The notes below the pieces were generated by a model, which saw only the letters and a list, made by a program, of their open reading frames with translations, did not search any database and had not been told where the DNA came from. A stretch of 64,000 nt of DNA from contig OZ024746.1 of assembly GCA_964016885.1 (NCBI GenBank), forward strand, positions 32,488,001 through 32,552,000, in the 5' to 3' direction. This DNA is from Eledone cirrhosa (lineage: Eukaryota). Below are positions 29,164 through 45,303 of the stretch, piece by piece (the first letter of the stretch is position 1; the number at the start of each line of letters is the position of its first letter). The position numbers and the translations under genes were made by a program.

Positions 29164-29678
29164 AAAGAGAGAGAGAGATGGAGGTAAACCGCGACGCGAA
29201 ATGGTTTCGGTTTGTATTCTGTTGGCGACTCAATTGGTCACATACAAAGTTCCAATGATCACTTTGCTGTTGTTATTTAACCCTAGGTAAACCTTGATTA
29301 CTCAGAAATCTTACCAAAGTCATTCCAGTCGTGGACATCCATCCCCATTTCAATATAGGATATAGAGATATATTGATCAATGATTCGTTCTTTTGTTTCA
29401 GATGGAAAGTGTTGATCTAATAGAATCTGACGTTTCTTGCAGTTCCACCGTGCACAGGTTACTTTCTCATTCCGTTAATCGCATTTGTTTCTGTGTGTAA
29501 GTCTTCTGTTTTGCACGTATATTTGTGTATGTGTATATGTTGCACATTCCTTATTATGTATGTGTGTGTATGTGTACGTATAATTTATATTGTGTACGTG
29601 TCTTGAAATTTTATGTGTATTGTCGGTCTTTCATAGACAATGTCTTTCGTCATTGTTTCTGCGCAAGCAAATTCATTC

Positions 29679-29738
<60 letters not shown>

Positions 29739-30290
29739 GTGTGTGTGTGTTTTATGTTGTTTATGTGCCTTGTAAATGCGACTGTGTATTGTGTGTATAG
29801 TGTGTGTTGCTGTATGTGTCTGTGTATTTATGCCCTCATGGGTTTCTTTGTACTGTGTCTCAGTCTTTAATGGCTGTAAATTACATTTCTCTATTGATTT
29901 ATAAGAAGAAATATCATTTGATCATTCTAGCCCAAGAAATTTACTGGACGTTATTTCTGACGAAAGAGCTTGTAGTTAAGATTACATTAGTCAAAACAGT
30001 GTTTCAGTACAAAGGGCTATTTTCGTTAAATATGAAAAGCAGACAATCAGAAATACATATGTTCAATTTTCGTGTTATGTAGATGAATAATTAAACCGTT
30101 TTTGATTATATATAGTCTCGGCTGTTTCGACTTAATGAACGTATAGTTAATTCAGTCTAACGAAACAAGGAATATAATTAAGAATGATTAAGAAATATTA
30201 ATAAGTATTCGATTGATAGATATTAAAATCTGGGCTGTATTAAACTCGTGCTAAGTAACTATTTTCTTATTTGAATATATCTATATCTAT

Positions 30291-30407
<117 letters not shown>

Positions 30408-31066
30408 GTAATAATAATAAAATTGAAGACTAAAATCCAAAGAGGGCTCGATAAGGATAAATATATATCAAATATATAAGAACCAAAGAGCAAATATTTA
30501 TTAAAATAACAGATTAAATTTTAAGCAAAGAATAGCTGCTTTCACCCTTAACGGGATCTTCTATGTATATGTGTCTGATGGTAGCTAAGATGCTTCCATA
30601 GGTGGTATGCCGGTTGAGCACTCTATCCTCTTACAGAGCAGAGTATGGTAGAATAGAAAAAGAAAAATCAGTGATGCATCTGAATTCAAGTTATTGTGTG
30701 TTACAATTGTTTCGCCGGCGGACAGCTCGAGACGCGATCATTGTGTGGATCTGTCTGATTCTGGACCCGCAGGTTCGACGGACACGTCTAATGATTTCGG
30801 AGCATATTCTCTCACTGGAGTATCTGACCCTCTGGGCCAGTACCGTCAAAAACGCGCGAAGAGAATGAAGTTTTTGACGGTACTGGCTGGACGATACTTT
30901 AGGGAGAAAATCCTAAGAAACACAATCGTAGAGTGCTTCATGTCTATTTAAGATTAAGTCGGCAGATTTTTGATCAAACAACTTTCTTCAACTGAATAAT
31001 CCATGTACACACACACGCACACACACACACACGCACACACACACACACACACACACACGCACGCAC

Positions 31067-31187
<121 letters not shown>

Positions 31188-32277
31188 TAAGCGATAGGAT
31201 GTTTAAGAATTTGAAAGAAGCACCAACGTTGTTGAAAAATAAGACTTATAGGTGGAACATATAAACCCTGGAGTTGCTGTACAAAATCTTTTCCATCTTC
31301 AGAGTTTAAATGCCCAACCTATAAGACTATTTTTTACAGTAAAACAACTTGATGCTTTTTTTTTCAAAATCTCAATCTATATTAAGAATATGATAATATA
31401 ATTCTTACAGAACGAAAACACAAACATATGATGTATACAAATATAAACGCTTAAAAGAGATAAAAAAAACACATAAAAAAAGAAGAAAAAAAGGGGATGG
31501 GTTGCACATCACATAAGGGTTAACTAAGCACTTTGAGGAAAGCCAATACGCTCGCAGGATTGTCACGGGCGATGGCAAGGCTAAGAAGCTGAAACAACCA
31601 GGCATCCTCACGGGAATCACCTGACACCTCAGAAAGGCAAGCCGCCAGCGATGACAAAAACTTCGCTGTCAGCCGCTCAATTCCAACAAACGACTAGAAA
31701 CGCCACAGTCTGAAAAAATAATTACTGGATAAATCTATAATTTTAGTATGAACACATGTATCCCAAACGCTGATATTTATTCACCTTTCTCAAAAATTCT
31801 TTATTTTTGACAAATGAAAACAATTTCTAAATTTATATTTCGATATGAAATTATTTCTGTATTAATTTCTAAATTTACTGCATCACTTTCAAATATCATT
31901 TAAGCGTGAAACTGCCAAATCAGTCACATGGCTTTCTATCTTGCTATCGTAACTATCCTATAATTTCATTAGGTAGAATTACCATTAGCGAACATTGAAT
32001 TGGCTTTTAGAAAAGTTATTTGTTTATTGTGTGTTGTTTATTTTCAGTTTATTTCAATATTTGTTTATAAACCAATGAACACTCGAAGTGAATGGAAATA
32101 GTAATTGATTCAGTGGTAGGGATTATAGATACGCATCACAAACATACACATAAATACACACACGTATATACACACATAAATTAAATAGTGTATCTAAATA
32201 GTTCATATAGTGTAATATAGATACATTCACAGACGCACACACATGTATATATATTTACACACACACACACACACTAA

Positions 32278-32393
<116 letters not shown>

Positions 32394-32440
32394 ACACACA
32401 TATATATCTATATCTCTCTCTCTATATATATACATATGTA

Positions 32441-32512
<72 letters not shown>

Positions 32513-32523
32513 AATCTATGTCT

Positions 32524-32589
<66 letters not shown>

Positions 32590-32653
32590 AACATGAGAAG
32601 AATTGAGTGGTGCGTGGTTGCACATGGGTTACATATGAAAAAAATAGTCCTTC

Positions 32654-32789
<136 letters not shown>

Positions 32790-32913
32790 CTAAAAAAATA
32801 GATCACCAGGGTTTAACACAATGAATACGTTACTTGTTTGATTTACATGTTTCATTCTCCAAAGGATGTTATTTTCAATACTTTTGTAGAGAAATCATAG
32901 GAATCAATTATAC

Positions 32914-32984
<71 letters not shown>

Positions 32985-33007
32985 GCTACTACCACCACCA
33001 CCATCAT

Positions 33008-33079
<72 letters not shown>

Positions 33080-33459
33080 AAGAACATAGAATGAGCTGGT
33101 TCTCCTCCCTCTGCTACTTTCACTACCACTACTGCAGTTATAGTCAACACCACCAAGGAGGAGAGAAAGAGAGAAATCGATAAACAAAAATGTGCACTCT
33201 TCTATACATATGTATGTAAGCCATTTTATTTTATACCATATTTTTTATTAATATACAACTTAACTCCATTATAATTTTATTATACACTTCTTAGCACGAA
33301 GAAGCACAAAAACATTTGGCTGAAACCGGTACGATAAATTCCTTTTTTGTAAATAAATGTTTTGCTGTTATTCTATGAGAAAATCCCATTAGCATTTTCT
33401 ACTGTTTTTATTATGTTACCATTATATACATCAACTCGTGTGTCCACATTTACCCCCCC

Positions 33460-33578
<119 letters not shown>

Positions 33579-34355
33579 TAAAATAAAATAACAGAAGGCT
33601 GGACTGGTGTAAATCCTTGAAAGGTTTATTATACTATGATCATTTCAATGACCGGGTTCCATATAAATCCGGTGATATCATCAGGTATTGGAATATAACA
33701 AAGTAATATGTAAAAAACCATGGGTCCGAAATATCAGAGACAGAGACAAAGAGGATGACTGACCAACTAGCCGCCCTTATCACGGCCAGTCGCCCTCAAA
33801 GCGGTGGCAACTGAATCTACTAATGAACATCTGGTGAGGGGCGAAGGCTTATAATGCACTACCACCTCTCCGTCAAAGAAAAAGGGGAAGAAAGAAAGAA
33901 AGGGAGAAAGAAGTCAGCGTAAGGGTCACACTACATTCATGCTAGAAAATGCCGCGAAAAAATGCTACTCCAAAGAATCTATAATGGGTGTGTGTATGGT
34001 CTAATGTGTGAACCGAAGATTGGAATGACCAGTTCTATCCAGTGGTGAACCAACAAACCTAAAGATATATATATATATATATAGATATAAAAGAGTGTGT
34101 GTGTGTATGTGTATGTGCAATCGTGCACAATTAGCAGATATACATAGAAGCGAGGTTTAAATCTGTTATCATGGCATCAGCGTGGATTTATATCTCTGGT
34201 TTCCATCAGCTTACCTAGCGCAGATATCCAATTGCATGTTTACATGAATAATCGATTTGGCGGAGTTAATGGGCTAATTAACTTCCCCGCCCAACACACA
34301 GTCTCACACTCGGCGGAAGAGTCTCAGACAAACACACATACAGACTCACACAGAA

Positions 34356-34435
<80 letters not shown>

Positions 34436-34767
34436 GCTCACACATGTACAGTCTTATTCGATCTTCTGTTCCTCAATTTGGAAGTTTTTGTTATTCTGCA
34501 CGATGTTAAAAAAAAAGCATTCGATGCTTCTTTACATACTTCAGTAGTTTGATTTGCAGGTATATTGATAGCCATTGTTAATCCAAATCCTACACGATAG
34601 ATAGAATTACTGTCCTCTCATCACGATTGCAAGTGTATGTGTGTGTGAGTTGTATATGATCATGTATATGTTTGAGTATCTCGTTCATTAAGCATGTTCG
34701 TCTTCTGAACTACGCAACTGTAACTAATTAGCAGTTGGTCAGATTTTGTGCGGCGGACGAACTGAGG

Positions 34768-35387
34768 GAGGCGGAATTGGTTAGTACTTACATTTTGAGT
34801 TCAAATCCCAACGGCATCGATTTTCTGTTTCACCCTTCTGGGTTCGCTAAAAAAAAAATACCACTTGACTGAGTTCAACTGACAATATAGAATTGTTTAA
34901 AATGTTTGTCCTTGTTCCAATGTTACAAATGCTCTCATTAAGAGATCTTATTGAAGTCATCATGAAAGAGCTATTCAAATTTATCTTTCGTCCCTCCAGT
35001 TATATCTAGAAGTCGATCCAATCATCTTTCAAATATAAGATCTTCTACCATTATGACTTATTTAAACACTTTTGGGCATGGTCCCGTAACTTCTCAGGGA
35101 ATCACAGGGGCGCCGTATTGACATACGGCGTTTTTAGGGTATTTTCAAAACCTGGCAGAGCTCATCTCCTCTAATTTCAACAGATTACTTCCATAGTAGA
35201 ATAGAGAATGCGAGAATGAAAGTCAGAAAGAGTTATAGAGGAAGAATCGACTCCAATACTGGACTGGGACTTTTTTTTATCGGCCTTGAATGGATGAAAG
35301 GCAATGTTGACTTCGACGGGATTTGAACTCAAATGAATAACGCAAGCATTCTATCTGACAGTCTAACGCCCTGCCAACTCAGCACCT
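34768..35387. mobile_element. Two diverged SINE family A copies
   Basis: 34768-34930 (+) and 35250-35387 (-) retain gagttcaaatccc and the core motif. Confidence 0.6.
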
Positions 35388-36570
35388 TTATTTAAACTTA
35401 AAGAAAGCTTATTTAATCTATAGCGGCGATGATTAAAATTTCAGTTTGATGGAGTAACATAACTCTTAGTTCGAATGGATTAAATATCTAACATCTTATA
35501 CCTTACAATATTTAGTTTCAAAGTTCTGTGCTCAAACTTGATTAAATCAACCCCGATGATCAGTACAGTGCATGTCGGAAACAAAATAAAGAAGTATAGT
35601 CGTTTGTACCATTTATATAGATTGATAGCTATTTTATCAATACTGAAAGGAAGAAAAGCAAAGTATATCTCGACTAAGATACTAACATTTTTTCAATACA
35701 AATGGAGACATTAAATGTCGTACCTAAAACCTGGTACTGAAATTCGATTGTAAATATTAATGTTATCATTGACATTAAAATTGTGTATCTAAAATAGAGT
35801 ATTGTAAACATTAAAAGTTATAAACTTTTAAAGAATGTTGAAGCATGATTAAAATTTACAAAATGTAAACATTAAAATGTCATACGAAAAAATCGTATGT
35901 AGTTTTCAATCTATCATGTTCTTTGGTTTTATCTCAGTATGAAACAAGTCGTTAGTGTGTTGCACACTAGGTTTATACTGTATTTAGTAGTGTTCTTTTA
36001 TGTTATGAGTTCAAATTCTACTGAGAGTAACTCTGAATTTTAACGTTTTTTTTTAAAAACGTTTTCAGCATACAACCAAACATACACACCACAAAGTGCT
36101 AGTTAAGTATCTTCTAAGTTCAGGTCTTGTTGAAGTCAACTTTGCCTTTTATCCGAGGTCGATAAAATAAACCAAACTTTTTCAAACGCGGAACCCTTTC
36201 AGGTTCAGAAACTTTTTTGGGGAACGCCAAAGTCTAATACTGTTATATGGTCGCAATATAAATATAGTCCTGTACTTTTTTCACGAAACCCCAGACACTC
36301 CTTTGCGAAACCACTGAAATAAACTATCGTCAAGGGTGATAGTCTGGCGGAATTATCAGAGCGTTGGACGAGGCATGTTGCGGTATTTGTTCCGGCTCTT
36401 CGTGTTTTGTGTTCAAATCCCATTTTCAGCTACTTAGGTGATTAATTCAATCAGTTGCCTGGCTTAATTCCCATATTTTTCCGTTGGGTATTTTCGGTGG
36501 AGTTAACTTTGTTGTAAACAGTAGGGCCAAATCTCCAGCATGAGAAAACTTGATGGTAGTGATAATGTGA

Positions 36571-36702
36571 GTTCGGATTTAGCTGTCAAAACGGCCGGAG
36601 CTCAGCAGTCGGTGTCCGGAATCTTTTCTTATTACCCACTCTACTATCCCAGGTATCAAGTACTCTGGTGGGTTATGGTCTAGCTGGTTTTACCACACCC
36701 TA

Positions 36703-36766
<64 letters not shown>

Positions 36767-36930
36767 AAGAAAGTGTGGTAAGAAACCAGGTGGACCAAAA
36801 CGCACCAGAGTACTCGATTCTTGGGGTAGTAGAGTGGGTAATAAGAAAAGAGTCAGTATACTGCTGGCTTAGTTCGGATCTAGCTGACGAAACGGCCGGA
36901 ACTCAGCCGTCGGGGTCTTGACTCTTTTCA
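36571..36930. mobile_element. Solo repeat fragments of the 1879-2605 PLE family with HHR 3' half
   Basis: Share ggtagtagagtgggtaata..gaaa with 1879-1977. GAAA-CGGC-..-GCCG-TC-GGGGTC at 36889-36917. (TA)n between and beside the copies. Confidence 0.65.
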
Positions 36931-36986
36931 TATATATATATATATATATGGGGTCTTACTGGTTCCTATATATATATATATATATA

Positions 36987-37516
36987 TTTCGTTTCTGAAT
37001 TTGTTTAGCAAGATTCTTTATCTGAAATCGTGTGTTGAAACCGATATTGTTATACTTTGGGAGGGTCATGTTGCCAATAAGAAACACACTTACAATTAAG
37101 GACAAAATGAAAACACACACACACATAGAACAAACAACCAACCAACAATAAATAAATAAATAAATAAACAAATAGATAAATGAACACAAACACACACAGA
37201 CACCCGGATGTGGCGCATGCGCAAACTGAGCACACAACACACACACAGAAACAAAATGGCGTAGGATAGAAGAAAGGAAAGGCACAGAAACAAAGAAAGG
37301 AATCCGCAGTCACTGAAGAGGTCACAGAGTGTGTGACGAAAGGACTATGACTATATATAAACAACTATCTGGTTGTGGAACCAACCAACCAACCAGAAAT
37401 TTATAAGTTTGTAGATTTGTAAATTTATAAATTTATAAATATATAATAAATTGAAGTGAAAGCAACTGGTGCGTGTGTTTCTTATTGGCAACATGACCCT
37501 CCCAAAGTATAACAAT
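36987..37516 (+). mobile_element. Solo pLTR of the 26576-29012 PLE with ~100-bp inverted terminal piece
   Basis: 37086-37516 is nearly identical to 28450-28956. 36987-37090 is the inverted pLTR end. (TA)n on both sides. Confidence 0.88.
37308..37352 (+). ncRNA. Minimal type I hammerhead ribozyme (solo pLTR copy)
   Basis: agtca-ctgaaga-ggtcacagagtgtgtgac-gaaa-ggac-ta-tgact, identical to 28737-28781. Confidence 0.8.
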
Positions 37517-37670
37517 ATATATATATTGATGTCTTATAAATATGATATACCTTTTTAAACATATGTGTATGGGTGGGTGTATGCGTATATTTCCGTTGTA
37601 TATCTGTCTGGGTGTGAATGTCTGTCTCCAAGTCTGGTAATGGCAACAGACTAATCTGAAACCCGAATGG

Positions 37671-37720
<50 letters not shown>

Positions 37721-37722
<2 letters not shown>

Positions 37723-37860
37723 CGAAGGAAAAGTAGTAAGGAACCAAGTGGACCATAACGCACCAAAGTACTAAATACTTAGGGTAGTAGAGTGGGTAAT
37801 AGGAACGAGTAGGACCCCGACGGCTGAGCTCAAGCCGTTTCGACGGCTAATTCTGGACTA
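37721..37860 (-). mobile_element. Solo repeat of the 1879-2605 PLE family with HHR 3' half
   Basis: Minus strand GAAA-CGGCT-tgagctc-AGCCG-TC-GGGGTC..cctattacccactctactaccctaag; (TA)n-flanked. Confidence 0.65.
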
Positions 37861-38069
37861 AAAAAATTTTTTTAGTATATTATATATATATATATATATA
37901 TATGTTCTGGAACTATAGCCTGCTGGGACAGTGATGCTGTCTGGAAGTGGTCAGTCTACTTCTATCATAGCTAATCTGAGGACTATACAGCAACAACAGT
38001 AACAACAACAAACACATTATCACTACCATCATTATCAAAGAGGGGAATAACAGAAATTTATCGGTCATT

Positions 38070-39700
38070 TTCATTACCACCACCATTACTATCACCACCG
38101 CAACCACCACCACCATCATCATCACCATTACTATCACCACCACCACCACCATCATCATCACCATTACTATCACCACCACCACCACCATCATCATCACCAT
38201 TACTATCACCACCACCACCATCACCACCATTACCACCACCACTACCACCACCACCTTTACTATCACCACCACCACCATCACCATTACTATCACCACCACC
38301 ACCATCATCACCATTACTATCACCACCATCACCATCACCCCCATTACCACCACCACTACCACCACCACCATCACCATTACTATCACCACCGCCACCACCA
38401 CCATCACCATTACTATCACCACCATCACCACCACCATCACCATCACCACCACCATTACTACCACCACCACCACCACCACTTTCACCACCACCACCACCAC
38501 CATCACTACCACCACCACCACCACCATTACCACTAGCACCACCACCACCACCATTACCGCCACCACCACCACCACCACCAATACCACCACCACCATCACC
38601 ACCACCACCACCAACACCACCACCACCATTACCACCATCACGACCACCACCACCACCATCACCACCACCACCACCAATACCACCACCACCACCACCACCA
38701 CCACGACCACCTCCACCACCACCATTACCACCACCACAAATACCACCACCACCATTGCCACCACCACCACCACCACCACCAATACCACCACCACCACGAC
38801 CACCACTACCGCCACCACCATTGCCACTACCACCACCAATACCACCCCCACCATCACCACCACCACCACCACCACCACCACCACCACCACCACCACCACC
38901 ACCACCAACACGACGACCCCCCACCCTCACCATCACCACCACCACCACCACCACCGATACCACCACCACCACCAACACTACCACCACCAACACCACCACC
39001 ACCACCACCACCTCCACCACCTACACCACCACCACCACCACCATTACCACCACCACCACCATTACCACCACCACCACCACCACCACCACCACCACCACCA
39101 CCACGACCATTACCACCACCATCACCACCACCAACACCACCACCACCACCATTATCACCTTCATCATCAGCTTTTTGCCAACAAGTTTATTATCCTCACC
39201 AGCGTCATTAACAGCAGCAGCATCAGCAGCATCAGCAGCATCAGCAGCACCAGCAGCATCAGCACTCTTAATAACATCCGCGCCACCATCTTTGTCATTT
39301 TTATCATCATCATCATCATCGTCATCGCCGCCATCTTTAATACTAAAATTAGCAACACAATCAAAATCATCGTCGTCATCAGCATCAGCAGAATCGATAT
39401 CATAATCATCACGATCTTTATCAACAACACATCACCATCGTCATCAGAATCATCATCGACGACTGTACAACAGCAACAACAACGACAACAATCACTATTT
39501 CCTCCCCCACCACTACTACTACTACGACGACGACGACCACGACGACGACCACCACAACAAGAACAACATTAACAACAACATCTTGAAGAAGAATGCAGTG
39601 TCCACACCACAGCAAAGAAGCACCACCACCACCACCACCACCAGCAACAACAACAACAACCCCAACAACAACAACAACAACTTTGATGACTACTACTATT
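38070..39700. repeat. Degenerate (CAC/CAT/CAG/AAC)n trinucleotide tract
   Basis: Low-complexity triplet repeats that give stop-free frames on both strands. Confidence 0.9.
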
Positions 39701-39939
39701 ACTGCTTCTATAACTAAATCATTTATCAATATTTAAAGGAAGATGTCCGACAAATTTGTAATGACAATAATTCTTTAATGGAGACACTGAGTTATAACTA
39801 AACAACACACTTTTGATAATATTCTATGTTGGATCTGAAATCGCTGAGTCATTTTCAAAACGTCAAGCACTAATAATATTAATGTTAATTATAGTAATAA
39901 TTGCACTTTGAAACATTAGTGTAAGTCTATGCAGTTTAA

Positions 39940-40160
39940 CCCTTTAGCAGTCACATTACTCTATATTTACTATCGTAATTTCGCAGTAAAAGCTTTACCT
40001 CACATAATTATCTCACATAATATCGAATCTATGAGATTTTGATGTTATTTATTTCGAGAACAATACCTAAACGTCAATATGAGTGGCCAATTATAGCCGG
40101 TTTGAACAGAAAGAGGTGAGAGAATTCTGGCCGGATACGGCCGGTTTAAATACTGTAGGG
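39940..40160. mobile_element. piggyBac-like MITE
   Basis: TTAA on both sides (39936-39939 and 40161-40164) with CCCT...AGGG termini. Confidence 0.7.
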
Positions 40161-40756
40161 TTAAGTTAGAATACAGCCATATCGATTGCAATAGTACATT
40201 AATTTATTGAACTTAAAATAAGTAGATAACGATGAGATTAGAACTCATATCCCAATCAGACGGAACGAAATAGCCCAACACATTTTATACCACATGGAAG
40301 CTGCTTTATTACTCCCAACATTCTAGAAAATATGATAAAGATAACAACAACAACTATGGAACCTAAGACAAAAAAGCAACAAGTGCAGCAAAACTACGAT
40401 ACTAAACAAACATATTAAATACAGGTAAGATATATTTTATCTTTTAAGGTCTAACTGTATGAGTTGGAATTTTGTTTCTTGTGAAAGAAGATTTGTATAT
40501 ATCAAAACGAAAATATATATGTATACACAGAGCTAAATATATATATATATATATATATAAACATACTCACTCAGAAACACACACATACGCACAAACACGC
40601 ACACACACGCATACACACACATATATAATATATGATTATAGTGTGGTGTTTCACTATTATCTTTCGTACGAACGTAAAGATAAGTTCGTAACCTTGATAT
40701 TTTTCCCTAATATTGTATAAGGCACTTCTTAATATATATATATATGTGTGTATATA

Positions 40757-41030
40757 TAAGGAAAAGAAATTGAAAATGGAACTGGAATCTTTTAAGAATA
40801 TTTATTTATTCACTTTACCGGTTTCACATTTCTTATGATTTTCAAAAGTAAAATTGAGATGGAGGGTTTGTGTTTCTGTTGTGATTTGTGTCGCATCTGG
40901 TTCGTGTTCGAAAGTTCTTTCTGTTTTATGCGGAAAAAGTGGCTAGAATTGCTGTTTGTTTTGTTTTGTTTTTGTCTTTCGTTTTTAAATCGTAAGGACT
41001 GTGAAACCGGTAAAGTAAATAAATAAATAG
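40757..41030. mobile_element. Diverged relative of the 18470-18776 fold-back element
   Basis: Minus-strand TTACTT-TTGAAAA-t-CAT-aagaa-ATG-t-GAAA-CCGG-TA-AAGTGA at 40810-40851; partial inverted copy near 41000-41020. Confidence 0.65.
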
Positions 41031-41227
41031 TTTTATCGCTCTACATGGGTGAATACAATAAATGTAATCTGAGTTTTTCGAATATTAATAATAATAATAT
41101 CCGATTCGTTTGCAATTATGCAAACAGCCTCTTTAAGCCAGGTCAGTAGAATGTCCCACGAAGCCACATACATACATACATACATACATACATACATACA
41201 TACATACATACATACATACATACATAC

Positions 41228-41822
41228 ATGGTGGCTGCCAACTCGTTTTCGAGTATGGCCACTACTTTATATCCATGTAGGAGAACCCCTACCGATGCGC
41301 TGAACGAGTGTGACTTTTTAGCCCAGCCAGCGACTTGAAAACTCTGGTACAAACACTACACTTGTGACAACTACTGACACATAGTGCTGGGCACATGATA
41401 CCATGTGACGACAAGTGCAGAGAGATCTCCAGATACAAAGCAATGCCTGTGCCGTGAAGCTTTTATAGTGAACAAAGGCACTGCACAAAGCCAGTCCCAC
41501 TCTCTTAACCAAGATGATATTTACCAAAAAGAAGAACAAGTCAACATCACTGGATACCATTAGGGTTGCAGGTGTTATATCAGAGTTTTCCTTCTCCTAG
41601 AATTCTGCCTTGTCAAAGGCTAAGGGGTCATCTCTCCCGGTGATTTTGGATGGCCATTGACTCTTAAGAGCTCCTTTGCCCTTTGACAGGTTTTGTTTTT
41701 AGTCCTGCAGGATATCCAAAGTCATCCTCCTCACCAATAAACCTTGGTGGGGTTGCCAGTTTAGTCGCCAACGACCCGACCATGAGACAGGTTGTACTGG
41801 GATACATGTTACCAGTAGCACA
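41228..41822 (-). mobile_element. Second copy of the (CATA)n-embedded ~600-bp element
   Basis: Colinear with and highly similar to 8277-8890; (CATA)n on both sides. Confidence 0.8.
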
Positions 41823-42369
41823 TACATACATACATACATACATGCATACATACATACATACATACATACATACATACATACATACATACATTTGTGAAGT
41901 TTTTCAGTTTCCAATAATCTATCTGTCTATGCCGACTGCCATGTCGCCCGTCAATAAATTTACTAGATAAATCTGTTTTCACTATTGTGTCTTCTAATTC
42001 CCCTATGTTGTTCACACTATAGTATTCACCCCACCACACAGACACCTACAGGCGTACGCGTATAATTAGTTTGAATATAGAAATATCTCATTTTCATTTG
42101 AGATTAGTTTTAAAGGAGAATTTAATTATATTAGTGAATCAATACAAACTATTGTTTATGCATAGGTTATTTCAAGTGGCATGCCTTGATAAGGTAATCT
42201 TCAAACTAATATATATTTACTCAGCATACAAATTTCAAACGTAATCTTTTGGAAAAAAGCATTGTTGAAAATTCTGTCTATCTATCTTAGTCCAGTAGCT
42301 CCTGAAGGAATCGTAGGGACGTTGTATTGACATACGGTGTTTCGTGGGCATTTTAAGCCTGGTTGAGGC

Positions 42370-42510
42370 TGGTACTTTTTTTTATCGACCTCGAAAGGAT
42401 GAAAAGTAAAGTTGATCTCGGCGTGATTTGAACTTAGAGAATAGAGAGCCGGAACGAATACAACAAAGCATTCTATCCGACGTTCTAATGACACTGCCAA
42501 TTTGCCGCCC
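42370..42510 (-). mobile_element. SINE family A (diverged)
   Basis: ctggtact..ttatcgacc..aaggatgaaa..aagttgatctcggc..atttgaact..ctgccaatttgccgcc. Confidence 0.7.
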
Positions 42511-43587
42511 ATGTGGGAAATTAGATGAGCATAAATATTCAGGTATAAAATTAGTTATTTCCCTTTACTGGTTTATTTAATAAAACCGCAATGAAACAAT
42601 TAAACTATGAACATATATTCACAGTACAAAAGAAGCAAGCTAGAGTTTAGGATAAATTTTTACCTGAAGATATAAATATTATAATACGTGCTAGAAAAGC
42701 CTTACTTTTTGACAAAGGTTCCGCTTGGGTCAAGAACCCCGATCTAGTTGTTTGTTTTCATGTAAGTATGGTTGGTATGCTAGTGAGGAAATATATAAAT
42801 TATATCTATAACACCAGTTACTGAATTTCTAATTTAACAAACCAGAAAATATTTTATAAGGTGGCACCTTGATACGATATTGGTTTACTAAGCAACGAAT
42901 TTAAGGATAAAAGTATCTATCGTCTATTTCCTCAGACTAAGAAAAAGTGTCGAAATCTATGGTCCACATCCATTTTCTCACAAAATGGCCTCAATTGATA
43001 AATACTTTCCCCCTAACCATAGTTATAAAAGACTAACAGATGTACTACCAGCATGAAACATATTATATTCCATACACCAAAGAACTAAGCAATGATCTCA
43101 AGTAGAAACACCAAGACATGCCTACTGTATACAACTTGTAATCCAGAAGCCAAAGCTCAACTTGTTGCATCAATACTACATAGTGAAGATTAAAAGGAAA
43201 TTGAAGAAAAGATACTATAATGATACTTCCTGTTTCAGATAATGAAAATAAGAATGTGACTAGATAATCCGAGTATACCCGGCGATTAAAATGAAACGCT
43301 TCTAGATATACTACTTGGGAGACTATTGAACGATCAAGATTTTTAAAGAACGTCATACTAAAAGTCCGCTCAAACAGAACGTTATATAAACCTTAAATCA
43401 GTCTCATGTAGCTTCGGCTTCAAGTACACAATGTTTCATGTTTTGGGGTTAATACTCAGCTCTTTATTAGTGAGAAATTTGAAAAAATGAAACTAAAAGG
43501 ACTTACAGTTTTCTGGAATAAACATTTAAACATAATCACATACGTGCATATAGCACTTACACATACACACACACACACTCACACACG

Positions 43588-43720
<133 letters not shown>

Positions 43721-43864
43721 CCACTCACACCCACACTCACAAACCACTCACACTCACACACACACATACACACACACACACACCCACTCACACCCACACT
43801 CACACCCACTCAGACTCACACACACACAGATACTCACACCCACTCACACCCACACCCACCCACA

Positions 43865-43904
<40 letters not shown>

Positions 43905-44009
43905 CACACACACACTCACACTCACACACACTCACACTCACACTTACACACACTCACACACAATTATATATATATATATACATACTCACACGCACACATG
44001 CACGCGTAG

Positions 44010-44242
44010 ATATATTCACACATATACCTACATATATTCACACATATACCTACATATATTCACACATATACCTACATATATTCACACATATACCTACATA
44101 TATTCACACATATACCTACATATATTCACACATATACCTACATATATTCACACATATACCTACATATATTCACACATATACCTACATATATTCACACATA
44201 TACCTACATATATTCACACATATACCTACATATATTCACACA
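44010..44242. repeat. 22-bp minisatellite (~10 units)
   Basis: Unit catatacctacatatattcaca repeated perfectly. Confidence 0.92.
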
Positions 44243-44513
44243 TTAACTGACACGTTCACACATTCTTGGAACAGTCTTGACTCAAAAGAAAATGTCTTGT
44301 TCTTTTGCGAAGAACGAATATAAATCTCAAAGAAAAAAACATTCATACAACCAATGTGTTTGTTAGTGATATAAGATATATTTTATTAGGTTACTTGATA
44401 TTTTCCAGTTATTTCATGCAATGGATACACATTTATCTACTTTATATACTTTGTATTTGACATTCAGATAATGTTCTTAAAATGGACAAAACGAACGAAA
44501 AGTTGGTGACGTA

Positions 44514-44618
<105 letters not shown>

Positions 44619-45251
44619 TGTGTGTGTGTGTGTGAGTGAGTGAAAGAGACGCATCAAAGAATACACATGAAAATAAACAAGCGAAAAGGCTGTATGAAAC
44701 TAAAGAAAGCTGGAAAAAATGGAATAAAAGATCGAATGAAAGACTGATGAGATAAAAAGGGAAGGATAATATTTGATCAAAGATTCGTGTTAAAATCTAT
44801 TTATGGTTTCACAAACCTGCTAATTATCCTTACTATCTAACAGGATGATGTTCTCTACACTAATCCTTATAATTCGATTAATAGCCGCCAAAGATAATAA
44901 CCTATAATCAGATAAGTTACTCTCCTATCCCATTAAAGTCATTCACCTCTGTATTAACTACACACAAACGTTTATTTCACCCGTTCCAGAATTAACCCTT
45001 TCCAGACCACTATGTTTGTTGTGGTATGCATGTTATTTTGATGTTCTTGATGATTTTTCATGTATGGACACATAACTTCCTTCTGATAGAGTCGTAGCGG
45101 TGCCGTCCGAATATACGACCTGGTGTGTGTCAAGGACATTTTAAAACTGGCGAAGCCCGTCCCTATCCAGATGTGAAGTTAGCTGATTTCTTCCATATAT
45201 ATGTATTAATATATAAAGTGTATATACATTCATACACGCACGCCCATGTAT

Positions 45252-45303
<52 letters not shown>

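Noticed and set aside
37913-39729. Gly-, Val-, Pro- and Thr-rich ORFs resembling structural proteins
   Set aside because: Degenerate (CAC)n tract open in several frames, with no signal peptide, splice context or unique domain.
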